From contig CAYYIY010000001.1 of assembly GCA_964472075.1 (NCBI GenBank), forward strand, positions 150,670-214,669: 64,000 nt of DNA, written 5' to 3'. A model generated the notes under the pieces. The model had not been told where the DNA came from. It did not search any database and saw only the letters and a list, made by a program, of their open reading frames with translations. Numbering within the stretch: position 1 is the first letter of the stretch; every line of letters starts with the position of its first letter. Of this stretch, positions 45,829 to 55,518 are shown one piece after another. The position numbers were made by a program, and so were the translations under genes. This DNA is from an uncultured bacterium. GTDB lineage: Bacteria; Muiribacteriota; Ozemobacteria; Ozemobacterales; Ozemobacteraceae.

Positions 45829-47795
45829 TGTGCGGCATCTGCGGCTGGGTCAACACGGATCAGGCACAGCCGGCTCCTGTTGAGGTGCTCCGTCGCATGC
45901 TGGGTCGCCTCCGGCACCGCGGCCCGGCCTCGGGCGGCCTCTGGAAAGCGAAGCACGTGGCTCTGGGTCATGCCCGGCTGCCGATCATCGATCTGAGCTC
46001 GCAGGCCGCGCAGCCTATCGTGAGCGAAGACGGCAACTGCGTTCTCGTCTGCAACGGCGAGATCTACAACTTCGAGGATCTGCGCATCGATCTCGAGAAG
46101 CGCGGCCATCAGTTTCGGTCTCGATCCGATTCCGAAGTCATCCTGCATCTGTGGGAAGAAAAAGGTGAGAGTTGTGTTCATGATCTGATCGGCATGTTCG
46201 CGTTCGCCATCTGGGACGAACGCCGGGAGATGCTGTTTCTCGCCCGCGACCGATTCGGCAAGAAACCCCTGGTCTACGCGCGGTATCCGGATCACTTTGT
46301 CTTCGGTTCGGAGATCAAGGCTCTTCAGTGTGACCCAGGGTTTCGTCCGGCGGTCAGCGAGCGCGGTCTGTATCTGTATCTGGCCTACCAGTCGGTGCCG
46401 GCACCCTACTCGGCGTTCGATCGCGTCGAGAAGCTGCCGCCCGCCCATTGTCTGACGGTTCGCCGGGGACGGTGTGATCTGCGCGAATACTGGCGCCTGA
46501 GCCATGAACCGCGATTTTCCGATGCTCCCGAGCCGCCGGCCGCGATCGTCGCCGAACTGCAGGAGCGTCTGAAGCAGTCGGTGAAACGTCGCATTCGCGC
46601 CGACGTACCGGTCGGAGCCATGCTGTCGGGGGGAATCGACTCATCGCTGGTCGTGTCGATCATCGCCAGGCAGACCGATCAACCGCTGTCGACGTTCACC
46701 GTCGGGTTTCCGATCGCCGAGTATGACGAGCGCCCCTGGGCTCGAGAAGTCGCCGGCCAATTACACACCAATCATTTCGAGTTACTGGCCGGCCCTGAAA
46801 TCATCGATCTTCTTCCAGACATTGTCTGGTACTATAACGAACCGTTCGCCGACTCATCAGCCCTGCCGACCTGGCTTGTCTGTCGCCTGGCGCGTCAGCA
46901 CGTTACGGTGGCCCTTTCCGGAGACGGCGGCGACGAGTGTTTTGCCGGATACCCGCGCTACCAGAACATCGGTGAGCACGCGCTCGATCAGGGGTTTCCA
47001 TCAATCTGGGAGCGCTGGCACCGGCGTTTTCGTGACTGGCGGGGATTCGTCACCGGGCGTTCGTGGACCGCCGACCTGCGCCGCCTGGCGGATCTGCGGC
47101 AGGACCGACTGCTCTACTACTACCGACTGGCTCACTTCCACGAGGGATACCAGACCCGCCTTCTGACTCCCGAGTTCCGCCGCCGTCTGGGCGATCTGGT
47201 TGCGGTCGATCATCTGCTCGAGCGCTTCCGACGCAGTCGAGCGCCGACCTTTCTCGACACGCTCACTGAGATCGATCTGGGGTTGTACCTGCCCGACACC
47301 CTGATGACCAAGACGGACGTTGCCTCGATGGCGCATGCGCTCGAGGTTCGGTCTCCCTTTCTCGACCATACTCTGGTCGAGTTCTGCGCCCGATTTCCGT
47401 CTCACTGGAAGCTGAAGGACGGGTGCCAGGGCAAGTGGATTCTGCGTTGCGCCGCCGCTGATCTGTTGCCAGAGTCGATACTGAATCGAAAAAAGATGGG
47501 GTTCGGCATTCCGATGGACCACTGGTTCAGAAAGGAATGGCGGGACGTCGCTCATGACGCCCTGCTTTCCGGCCGCCTGATCGCACGCGGCTACTTCGAA
47601 CCCACCTATCTAAGATCACTCTTCGAGAGGCACCAACAGGGCGAAAGCTGGCAGTATCTGATCTGGAATCTCATCATGTTCGAGCATTGGCACCGTCGAT
47701 TCATCGATGGAGACGCCCCGCCGATGCCCGAACCGGAACTCACAATAACCGAAGTGAAAAGTGACCGCAGAGAATCCGGAGATCCTCCCCACTGA
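45828..47795 (+). CDS. Asparagine synthase (glutamine-hydrolysing) family amidotransferase
   Basis: N-terminal MCGICGW Ntn-Cys, NGEIYN and SGGIDSS PP-loop motif. Length is 655 aa. The ATG overlaps the upstream stop. Confidence 0.8.
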   Translation: MCGICGWVNTDQAQPAPVEVLRRMLGRLRHRGPASGGLWKAKHVALGHARLPIIDLSSQAAQPIVSEDGNCVLVCNGEIYNFEDLRIDLEKRGHQFRSRSDSEVILHLWEEKGESCVHDLIGMFAFAIWDERREMLFLARDRFGKKPLVYARYPDHFVFGSEIKALQCDPGFRPAVSERGLYLYLAYQSVPAPYSAFDRVEKLPPAHCLTVRRGRCDLREYWRLSHEPRFSDAPEPPAAIVAELQERLKQSVKRRIRADVPVGAMLSGGIDSSLVVSIIARQTDQPLSTFTVGFPIAEYDERPWAREVAGQLHTNHFELLAGPEIIDLLPDIVWYYNEPFADSSALPTWLVCRLARQHVTVALSGDGGDECFAGYPRYQNIGEHALDQGFPSIWERWHRRFRDWRGFVTGRSWTADLRRLADLRQDRLLYYYRLAHFHEGYQTRLLTPEFRRRLGDLVAVDHLLERFRRSRAPTFLDTLTEIDLGLYLPDTLMTKTDVASMAHALEVRSPFLDHTLVEFCARFPSHWKLKDGCQGKWILRCAAADLLPESILNRKKMGFGIPMDHWFRKEWRDVAHDALLSGRLIARGYFEPTYLRSLFERHQQGESWQYLIWNLIMFEHWHRRFIDGDAPPMPEPELTITEVKSDRRESGDPPH

Positions 47796-49161
47796 GTCGC
47801 TGAGCCAGCAACGGGTTTGCTGATTGAAAGCGCGGAATAAAGTCTTTCAGATAGGACTGTTCCGCAAAAAAGTTTGGTTCGAAACTCGTAACTTCCCATT
47901 GATGCTCGCGGAACAATTGTTCCAGTTCGCCGGCGCGGACCCGATTGCCGCATTCGCCGTTCCGCGACTCAAACTCCCCGGCAAACGACTCGGCATCGAG
48001 CAGTAGAAACTCAAGCGGTCGGTCCATGTCACGATGATCACGGAAATCGACCTGATGAAAGGCGAGCGCACCCGGCCTGGCCACCCTGGTCATCTCGCGA
48101 CAGGCAGCCCACGTATCGACACAATGTTCGAGCACCGCGTTCGAGAGAAAGAGATCGACGGAATGGTAGGGGACCGTTCGCAGGTTCTCGAGCGGGTGCG
48201 CAAACGGTTGAATCTCAGGGGCCTGCCTGTGGGCCAGAAACGTCTCGAGCACCGTGGTCGGCACACCGGGAAAAGCGCTCGGCATCGCCTGCAGCAGGGT
48301 CGCATAGAAACGCGAATGGTACTCTTCGACCCACGTGCAGAGAAACCGGTCGACCACGAACACCGTGGCCCCATGGCAGGCGAGGATCAGGGAACTGCCA
48401 AGATTGATGCCCGGCCCGATCTCCATGACCGTCTTTCCGCGAAGACCCTCGCCACCGCCCGGCAGTCGACTGAGATACTGTCGGGCCACGCGAATCGCGT
48501 GATCGACATCCTGTCTCAAGGCCTGCGGCGAGCAATCACGCTCACGCTGATTCACCGGCAAACCGGTTGCCGATAACAGGCCTGCTGACTTCATTCCAGG
48601 CGTCACCATTCTGGACATTCTCTCGGGCAGAACATTCCAGAGCCAGCGAAAGGCGCGCCGGAACGGCGGCACCAGGCAGACCACGTAGATCAGCCAGTAC
48701 AAAGCGGCCAGAAAGCGATTCCGCAGATTCCAATGGGAGACGTTGTGCAGCGGATGTTCGTCAGGCGGACGGAAGCGGTAGGAATACGTGCGCCCGTTGG
48801 TGTTGGGGTCCGAGTTGTCGCTGGTCGAAAACATGAGAAGGCGACCCCAGTGAGAGTACGAGCCACCACCATGTTGGCGAATGATCTCATGCAGACTATG
48901 AGGTGGTCCAAGTTCCACTCCATCTTCCATGAGGATCAGCGTCGACCGTTGATTGAACTCAGGCGTGTCCGCCAGCGCCGCCAGCTCGGGCATCTGCAGG
49001 CCCCAGCAGCGATCGATCTCGCGGAAGAACGGTCCCTCGAGTGGCACCGGATGGGCATGCTCCGCCCAGGTGCCCTTCTTCCAGGCTTCGAGCCACTCCT
49101 GTGCTTGCGACAGCAATTGCCTCGGCGACCAGGCAGGAGGCAGCGAATGGGGTCGTTTCAT
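47740..49161 (-). CDS. Class I methyltransferase-fold protein carrying an N-terminal unclassified ~55-aa domain
   Basis: VMEIGPGINLG ... VDLFLSNAVLEH methyltransferase motifs. The N-terminal region LMEDGVELGPPHSLHEIIRQHGGGSYSHWGRLLMFSTSDNSDPNTNGRTYSY recurs in two neighbouring genes. ATGA overlap with the upstream GT4 gene. Confidence 0.55.
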   Translation of the reverse strand: MKRPHSLPPAWSPRQLLSQAQEWLEAWKKGTWAEHAHPVPLEGPFFREIDRCWGLQMPELAALADTPEFNQRSTLILMEDGVELGPPHSLHEIIRQHGGGSYSHWGRLLMFSTSDNSDPNTNGRTYSYRFRPPDEHPLHNVSHWNLRNRFLAALYWLIYVVCLVPPFRRAFRWLWNVLPERMSRMVTPGMKSAGLLSATGLPVNQRERDCSPQALRQDVDHAIRVARQYLSRLPGGGEGLRGKTVMEIGPGINLGSSLILACHGATVFVVDRFLCTWVEEYHSRFYATLLQAMPSAFPGVPTTVLETFLAHRQAPEIQPFAHPLENLRTVPYHSVDLFLSNAVLEHCVDTWAACREMTRVARPGALAFHQVDFRDHRDMDRPLEFLLLDAESFAGEFESRNGECGNRVRAGELEQLFREHQWEVTSFEPNFFAEQSYLKDFIPRFQSANPLLAQRLSGEDLRILCGHFSLRLL

Positions 49162-50288
49162 GGCTGTTGCAGGCGCGCCAGCAAACGATCGTATAGAGCG
49201 GAATACTGGGCGGCAATATAATCCATGGAGTAGAGGCTTTCGACCGTGCGACGGGCACGCCGCCCCCATTCCTCGGCCTGCTCGGGTCGGCGCATGACAT
49301 CGACGATCGCGGTGCAAAGGGCTTCTGGGGATTCCGGCGGAATCAGGCGACCGTTCCAGCCATCGACGAGCAGATCGCTCGTGCCGCTGACCCGGGTGGC
49401 AATAATCGGCAGTTCCATGGACATCGCCTCGAGCAGCGCATTTGAAAGACCCTCGCCGCGACTGGGCAGGATGAACAGATCATGAGTGTCGAGAATGGCT
49501 CGCGGCTCATCGCGAAAGTCATGAAAGATCACTCGGTCCTCGACGCCGCATGCCGCCGAAAGGCGCCGGAAATCGTATTCCGGATAGTCCACTCCGTACA
49601 GATGCAGCTCGCAGGTCGGGATTCCCGATTCCTGCCTCAGAAGCGCCATCGCTCGGATAGCGACGTCGATGCCTTTCTGCGGATGTCGACGACCGACCAG
49701 ACACAGACGCCACGGTCGCCGCTCTTTATCAGGCTTTGCCCAACGAGCAGAGCGCTGAAACCGACTCGTGTCGATGCCGTTCGGCAGACACAGGATCCGG
49801 TCGGTTGGGAACTGCCAGGTCCGGAGTTCCTGCTCGATCTCGCGGCTGATGGCAACGATGGCGTCTGCCTGACGCAGGATCGGCAGGCCGAACGCGGAGA
49901 GCGGCAGTCGTGAAAACTGGTGCAGATCACCGTAGGTACCGGCGCAACCCAGCTTGATCAGGCAGGGTTTTCTCAGCAGTTGCGCGGCCAGCACGGCAAC
50001 GACCGCATGCCCGAACGCCTGATGGACGTGAAGAATGTCATAGGATCGGCGATATCGCACGAGAAAGGCGAACTGATTCCAGCCGCTGAAGGGCCGATAC
50101 CCAAGCGCGAACGGAACCCGCGTGATGCGGAAGCCGCTCCAGTTTTCGACCGGCAGGGCGTCGGGAGTTCTCTGCTGGGTGAGCACGTGAACGTCATGTC
50201 CGCGCTGGGCAAGCCGTTCGGCCAGGCGCTCGGCCTGCACTTCGGCTCCCCCCGGACGCCAGGGTCGAAACTGATGGATGATCATCAT
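49158..50288 (-). CDS. Glycosyltransferase family 4 (GT-B)
   Basis: N-terminal MMIIHQFRPWRPGGAEV with a C-terminal EGLSNALLEAMSMELPIIATRVSG (E-x7-E-like) motif. Confidence 0.8.
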   Translation of the reverse strand: MMIIHQFRPWRPGGAEVQAERLAERLAQRGHDVHVLTQQRTPDALPVENWSGFRITRVPFALGYRPFSGWNQFAFLVRYRRSYDILHVHQAFGHAVVAVLAAQLLRKPCLIKLGCAGTYGDLHQFSRLPLSAFGLPILRQADAIVAISREIEQELRTWQFPTDRILCLPNGIDTSRFQRSARWAKPDKERRPWRLCLVGRRHPQKGIDVAIRAMALLRQESGIPTCELHLYGVDYPEYDFRRLSAACGVEDRVIFHDFRDEPRAILDTHDLFILPSRGEGLSNALLEAMSMELPIIATRVSGTSDLLVDGWNGRLIPPESPEALCTAIVDVMRRPEQAEEWGRRARRTVESLYSMDYIAAQYSALYDRLLARLQQP

Positions 50289-50325
50289 CACCCTGGGCCT
50301 GCCTGCGCCGTTTCTCACGCCTTTC

Positions 50326-53300
50326 CTACCTCGACACTTCCTCAATCTGCGACCAGCCGCGCGGGGCATATTCTCTCACACTCTTCAGACGACAGGCAAG
50401 AAAAGCCCCGTAGTCGAAGGCACGCAGATATTCGACAATTGCAGCGCAGGTCAGACTCGGGCCGTGCGTGACTGCATCGCGCAAACGACGATTGGCTATT
50501 TCCCACGTGTATTGCAGCCAGCGGGGTTTGAGCGTGACCAGGGGCAGGCAATACGTTGTGGAAGCGGCACCGCGCAGCCAGTCAACCACGCGGCAACCAT
50601 CTGTGGACCTCAGACCGAACACCCCGAGCGACGGATCGACAAACCACCAACGATCCCCCTCACTCAGCTTGATCTCCGCAACCCAGTGCTGAGTATGACG
50701 GCTGTATTGAGCCGCTGGAGAAAGCTCGTAGTCCAGATGCAACAGTCGAATGGATAGTCCGAGATCGTTCAGGATGTCAGCCAGCAAAAAGGTCTCCTGA
50801 TAACAATACAACTCGAGAGGAGCACTCGCCTGAAACAGTCTTTCGCGAACTTGTGAACGAGCCAGATCTCCCTCGTCGTGATGAAAGATCTCATGCGTCC
50901 GGGTTCCGAAGTCGACACGACGACTGTACCAGTCACAAAACTCGAGAAGTCTCTGCATTTCAGAATTGTTTGAATTCAGAAACACACGCAGAGGAGATGG
51001 CAGACTGTCGGCGTCGATCAATCGCACATACGGATTCATTTCCTGCCGAGGTGAGCGCATCAGAGGCCGCGAGAGTTGAGTCCGGGCCTCCGTGGCCACA
51101 CTCATGACAGGGAGATAGAACCAGACAGCATTCCCGGTGGTGCTATCCATGCCGACCCCAAGCAAGGCAGGGAGCGGGGTTGATACCGACGCCGCATTGC
51201 CGACAGCCGGCAACCACGACTCAGCCGGCCAGGCATGAAACACCGACGAAGGAACCACTGGAAGCAGCGGGTCGGGTTTCAGATCATCAGGCCACGTCAC
51301 AACCTTCACGCCGGTGACGGTCGACGTCCGAAGCATGATCGGCGTCGATCGCTCGGTGACGTGCTCTCCGGCAAACAATCGGTGACCGAGCGCCGGACCG
51401 CACAGTGCAGCGAGCATGAACAGACCGAGGAAAGTGATGCCCTCCCCGCCTTTTCCATCAAGCGATCGGCGCGGGTCTCGCTGAAACGGAGAAAACATCC
51501 AGAGACTGAGCACTCCGGCCATCAAAGGCCATGTCGCGGCCAGGACACGCCACCCGCCATCGAGGAAGATGAACGGCACAAACGCCAGCATGCATCCCAG
51601 AAGCATTGTCCAGAAAACAATCTCACGTCGACACTCCCGCATCGCAAGGGCGAATCCGAACCATAGACCAGTACCAATGGCGAGCAGCAAGACAAAACGA
51701 GAAGAGATCACCTCACCGATTGGCAGTGTCGCCAGAAGAATGGTCCGCAGAAACAGAAACAGATCGCCCATGAATTCTTTTCCTGAGCGGCGCAGATACT
51801 CCAGTGCCAGATCAGGCTGTCGCCGCAGAGATTCACAGCCACGTTCCCAGAGGAATTGCGCCCGTTCTTTTTCGGAGGGTCTTTTTTCCAGTTCCGACTT
51901 GTACTTTTCACGAACCTGCACCCAGGTCAGATTTTCAGCCATACCGCAGAAGGTGTATCCAGCGTTGGAATGCGGCAGATTGTCGGCACCACCGTAAACC
52001 CGAACGAGGAGCAACGGAAACAGTAGTCCCATCATGGTTCCTGCCAGCAGGCCGAGAAGCATTCTGCGAGTCCAGTCTCCCCGCCACGTGCTCCAGACAG
52101 CGTATAGAACGGGACCGACCAGCACCGTTATCGCGCCAACGCGTGCCTGCATTGCCAACGCCAGCCCCAGACCCGCGGCGAACTGCGCCAACGTTGAAAC
52201 CGACCAGGTTCCATTCAACAGCAGGCGCAGAGCGACACACCCGAGAGTCATTCCCAGAGCCTCTGAAAGACAGGTTCCCATAAAGCACTGCGCGTACGCG
52301 AGACACAGCGCAACACATCCGATACCCGTCCAGACTCCGTACCGGCGGCGCAGCCCGTCAGCCAGCCAGAAAACGCTTACTGCCAGCAGCACCACTTGCA
52401 TCAGTGTCGCCAGTTCCAGTCTCAGACCCGTCACCGCCAGACGAGCGGCAAGAAACGCGGCATTCAGCGGCCGGCGTACGTTCCACTCGTTCAAAGTGCC
52501 CTGCGCAATCAACTGATGCGCTCCGTTCAGATAACTGCGCGCATCACTGAGGGGGATATACCCCATAAAGGCGAAAGAGTACAGATCGTACCGGTGCATC
52601 GGCTCGGCGATCCCGCTCCATTGCCGAAACAGCGGCAACAGAAACAGCAGGACAGCCAGGATCAGACCCCAGCGGGCCATGCGGCGGCTCAAACCGCGCT
52701 CAGCCTTGATCCAGGCGGCTTGCTCCGCTCGCGGGCGCAGCCACCTGATCGCCCAGGCGCACCCGACCCCGCCCATCGCCCAGAGCCACAACCACCCCGG
52801 AATCTGACTGACCGTGAGGTACAGCAGATGCCGACCTCTGATCCATGCCCAGGCCTGCGTTGGAGCACAAGGAAACACCAGCGGCACGGCCAGAAACAGC
52901 ACCAGTCCTCCGATCGCGCCTGCCGCGAAAAGTGCCGGCATCAACCGACAGAATAACGGCCCCACAAGAGGAAGCGCGGTAAAGAACGCTGCCGCCAGAC
53001 TCAGCCAAAGCCCGACCGTCGCCGTTCTTTCGCTCCAGCCCGGAAGCTGTGGGCAACTTACTTCATATACCCGACCGTTGGTGCGTGGGTCACTTCCGTC
53101 CGAGCTGGAGAAAATCAGATCCTCGTTCCAATGCGAGTATCTGCCACCTCCTTTTGAGCGGATGTCGGCATGCAGGCTGTGCGCCATCGACAGCGAACGC
53201 CCGCTCTCAAAGAGTTCCAGGCGACTCCAGCGGGGAAAGCGTGCGCTGTCTCCCGTTCCTGTCATGGATGCGATACCACGATAGATAAACGCCTGCGAAT

Positions 53301-53442
53301 CGGTGGTTTCCGGTCTTATCTGTGACACATCGAGGGTGAGTCGAACCCTCGTGACCCGCTCCGGATCATACTGAAAACGCATACAGATGGTCGCCAGCAC
53401 CAGTAACAGGACAACCAGCGCAACGCGTGTCGGAACGTTCAT
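50326..53442 (-). CDS. Large polytopic membrane protein: N-terminal unclassified domain, >12 TM helices, C-terminal transglutaminase-like domain
   Basis: The N-terminal TM is followed by ...FESGRSLSMAHSLHADIRSKGGGRYSHWNEDLIFSSSDGSDPRTNGRVYEV. A long hydrophobic core follows. The C-terminus CYQETFLLADILNDLGLSIRLLH...HTQHWVAEI...WWFVDPS fits the Cys-His-Asp transglutaminase-like pattern. Confidence 0.6.
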   Translation of the reverse strand: MNVPTRVALVVLLLVLATICMRFQYDPERVTRVRLTLDVSQIRPETTDSQAFIYRGIASMTGTGDSARFPRWSRLELFESGRSLSMAHSLHADIRSKGGGRYSHWNEDLIFSSSDGSDPRTNGRVYEVSCPQLPGWSERTATVGLWLSLAAAFFTALPLVGPLFCRLMPALFAAGAIGGLVLFLAVPLVFPCAPTQAWAWIRGRHLLYLTVSQIPGWLWLWAMGGVGCAWAIRWLRPRAEQAAWIKAERGLSRRMARWGLILAVLLFLLPLFRQWSGIAEPMHRYDLYSFAFMGYIPLSDARSYLNGAHQLIAQGTLNEWNVRRPLNAAFLAARLAVTGLRLELATLMQVVLLAVSVFWLADGLRRRYGVWTGIGCVALCLAYAQCFMGTCLSEALGMTLGCVALRLLLNGTWSVSTLAQFAAGLGLALAMQARVGAITVLVGPVLYAVWSTWRGDWTRRMLLGLLAGTMMGLLFPLLLVRVYGGADNLPHSNAGYTFCGMAENLTWVQVREKYKSELEKRPSEKERAQFLWERGCESLRRQPDLALEYLRRSGKEFMGDLFLFLRTILLATLPIGEVISSRFVLLLAIGTGLWFGFALAMRECRREIVFWTMLLGCMLAFVPFIFLDGGWRVLAATWPLMAGVLSLWMFSPFQRDPRRSLDGKGGEGITFLGLFMLAALCGPALGHRLFAGEHVTERSTPIMLRTSTVTGVKVVTWPDDLKPDPLLPVVPSSVFHAWPAESWLPAVGNAASVSTPLPALLGVGMDSTTGNAVWFYLPVMSVATEARTQLSRPLMRSPRQEMNPYVRLIDADSLPSPLRVFLNSNNSEMQRLLEFCDWYSRRVDFGTRTHEIFHHDEGDLARSQVRERLFQASAPLELYCYQETFLLADILNDLGLSIRLLHLDYELSPAAQYSRHTQHWVAEIKLSEGDRWWFVDPSLGVFGLRSTDGCRVVDWLRGAASTTYCLPLVTLKPRWLQYTWEIANRRLRDAVTHGPSLTCAAIVEYLRAFDYGAFLACRLKSVREYAPRGWSQIEEVSR

Positions 53443-55487
53443 GCGCGACGTTGCAGAAGTGTTGCAGGAACGCGGATCATGTCGACCTCAGGCCAAACCT
53501 GCACAGTATAACGACGACCGTTGCGATTCGGATCCGTGTTGTCTGAGGTCGAGAAGAACAATCGCTCGTTCCAGTGCGAAAATCGTCCGAGTCCCTGCTG
53601 CATGATATCTTGATGTACAGCGTGTGCGACACCGATCGCTCGTCCGTTTTCGAAAATCTGTAATCTCGATTGAAACGGGGCGGCCATCGAGTCACCCGAC
53701 GTCGGCAACCTGGGCAGACCGGTCACCCAGCAATGTCCGTGCTCCTGTGAGAACGGTGCCGCGAGCGTCCAGGTCGAAAGCCCCGGATCCGTCGTGAGTT
53801 CATTCGCGAACAACCTGATGCTCAGCCGCATCTCGTGACAGCCGGCAGACGACGGCAACAGGCGCGGCGGCGCAAGAAACGCCTGTTGCAGCAGATTTCG
53901 CAGATCAGCGGTCAAAACCCAATAGAGCCGACCCTCGCCGGCAGTCGCCCGCGAGAGCGGAATCGCGAGCATCTGCTCTCCGGGGGTTTTCAATGGCAGA
54001 TAAGCAACCGGCTCGGCTTCGCGCAAGAGTACCAGACCGGGTTCCGCCAGCAGAGAAAGTAATTGTTCAGGGTCTTCGCACTGAACCAGCAAAGGAACCG
54101 TCTGCGCATATTCGCTCTCTGCCTGAGTCAACAATTGTCCTATATGCTTGATCATGAAACGAGGATCAATACGCCGAACCGCCGGCACTCGTTCGTTCAC
54201 CGCACGCTCGGCAATCTGTCCGGCGCACGCGAGCGCTTCGCGCCATCCACGCGTCTCGTCGGCGAAGTGCGAAAACAGATTGATCTGTTCGGTTGGCGGA
54301 TACACGGTCACCGGGCTCCAGTTCACGGAAAGGTCCAGGTCCAGAGCCTGCTGCAGATTGTCAGGCAGTTCGCGAACGGTCGATTTCATGACCAGCGCTC
54401 CCACGGACAGACGCCGATGCGGCAGGCGCTGGCGTCTCTGCAGTGCTTGAAGGGTCTCGAGAACCTGATCGAGTTCCGCTCCTCGTCTCAGTCGGGCGTA
54501 TGTTCGCGGCTGAAAACTGTCGACCGAGATCGAGATGTTCCAGCGTGAAAACTTCTCGAGCCAATCGCGCTCGCGCTCGCGAATCAAGACCCCGTTCGAG
54601 GTGAACCCGAAGGTGAGATTCGGATTGTCGTCAGGCCGAAACCGTTCGACGAACCCAATGAACTCTGGATCAACCCAGGGTTCACCGCCATTCCAGGTGA
54701 GATGCAGTAACGTAGGAATCAGCGCCAGTATCTGTTTGCCAAGTCCGGGAACCGCTCTTTGAGAGTTCCAGCGCGCATAGTTCTGACTGCACATCGGACA
54801 GTGCAGGTTGCACTCGAGCGATGATACCCAGGCCAGGTGCGAAGGCAACCCGTCCACCGAGGTTTTCCCTTGCCGCCAGGCTGATTCGAGTTTCGCAAGG
54901 TTCACTGATGAAGCGTGACTCGGATCGCCGCGGTCGAGCACGAACGTGCGCCCGGAGACCGGCAGTGAGACGACATACTTTCGACGATTGGTCAACGGAC
55001 TGGTACCGTCTGAGGTCGAGAAGAACAGAGCCCCCGTATCACTCAGATAGAAAGCCCCGCCGTCACGTCTGATCGCTTCGATACTCTGGAGTCCGGGGCC
55101 AAGTGCTCTATCATCCTCAATCAATACAGCTTTCGACAGATCGGTTTCATCAATTTCGAAAGGTTCAGGAAGCTGGTGGAAATAGCAGTGCCCCCCGTGA
55201 TGCCGCCACCCTGCCAGACCCTCGAACGGAGGCGGTTCGCCGCCGCTCCATTGCGTCGACAGGCAGGTTGCGCATGGGTATCCGGCGAGCCGTCCGTGCG
55301 CCAGATCCTCACGCAACCGGTGCCAGGGTTCACCGTTCCAGATCTCGGCCAGAGATGCCTCTCGCGCTTGACCGAGCGGAAGAGCGTCTCCACCATAACC
55401 GCGCCAGAAGCAGCAGGGGCTGACTTCTCCGGAGAGGTCGATCACCATCTGCTGCCATGGATATGCGCATCTGGGTTGCTTGACCAT
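53439..55487 (-). CDS. Radical SAM enzyme with N-terminal SPASM/twitch-like Cys module and two copies of the unclassified domain
   Basis: ECNLHCPMC (CxxxCxxC) and WNGGEPWVD (GGEP) radical SAM core. The N-terminus VSPCCFWRGYGGDALPLGQAREASLAEIWNGEPWHRLRE...PCATC resembles the C-terminal half of SPASM domains. ATGA overlap with the downstream gene. The track ORF begins with TTG at 55715, and the internal ATG was preferred. Confidence 0.65.
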   Translation of the reverse strand: MVKQPRCAYPWQQMVIDLSGEVSPCCFWRGYGGDALPLGQAREASLAEIWNGEPWHRLREDLAHGRLAGYPCATCLSTQWSGGEPPPFEGLAGWRHHGGHCYFHQLPEPFEIDETDLSKAVLIEDDRALGPGLQSIEAIRRDGGAFYLSDTGALFFSTSDGTSPLTNRRKYVVSLPVSGRTFVLDRGDPSHASSVNLAKLESAWRQGKTSVDGLPSHLAWVSSLECNLHCPMCSQNYARWNSQRAVPGLGKQILALIPTLLHLTWNGGEPWVDPEFIGFVERFRPDDNPNLTFGFTSNGVLIRERERDWLEKFSRWNISISVDSFQPRTYARLRRGAELDQVLETLQALQRRQRLPHRRLSVGALVMKSTVRELPDNLQQALDLDLSVNWSPVTVYPPTEQINLFSHFADETRGWREALACAGQIAERAVNERVPAVRRIDPRFMIKHIGQLLTQAESEYAQTVPLLVQCEDPEQLLSLLAEPGLVLLREAEPVAYLPLKTPGEQMLAIPLSRATAGEGRLYWVLTADLRNLLQQAFLAPPRLLPSSAGCHEMRLSIRLFANELTTDPGLSTWTLAAPFSQEHGHCWVTGLPRLPTSGDSMAAPFQSRLQIFENGRAIGVAHAVHQDIMQQGLGRFSHWNERLFFSTSDNTDPNRNGRRYTVQVWPEVDMIRVPATLLQRRA

Positions 55488-55518
55488 GGCTGTTTCGAAA
55501 AGTGACCTGCCCTGTCTT

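Noticed and set aside
45828-53442. Lasso-peptide/RiPP-like reading of the locus (Asn-synthetase homologue as macrolactam cyclase, transglutaminase-like domain as leader peptidase, ABC exporter, radical SAM/SPASM maturase)
   Set aside because: The AsnB homologue keeps the N-terminal MCGICG glutamine-amidotransferase nucleophile. The ABC system is Wzm/Wzt-type with a glycan-binding-like tail. Glycosyltransferases (GT4, GT-C-like) are interleaved. I found no precursor peptide or RRE/PqqD-like gene. It is kept only as a low-probability alternative.
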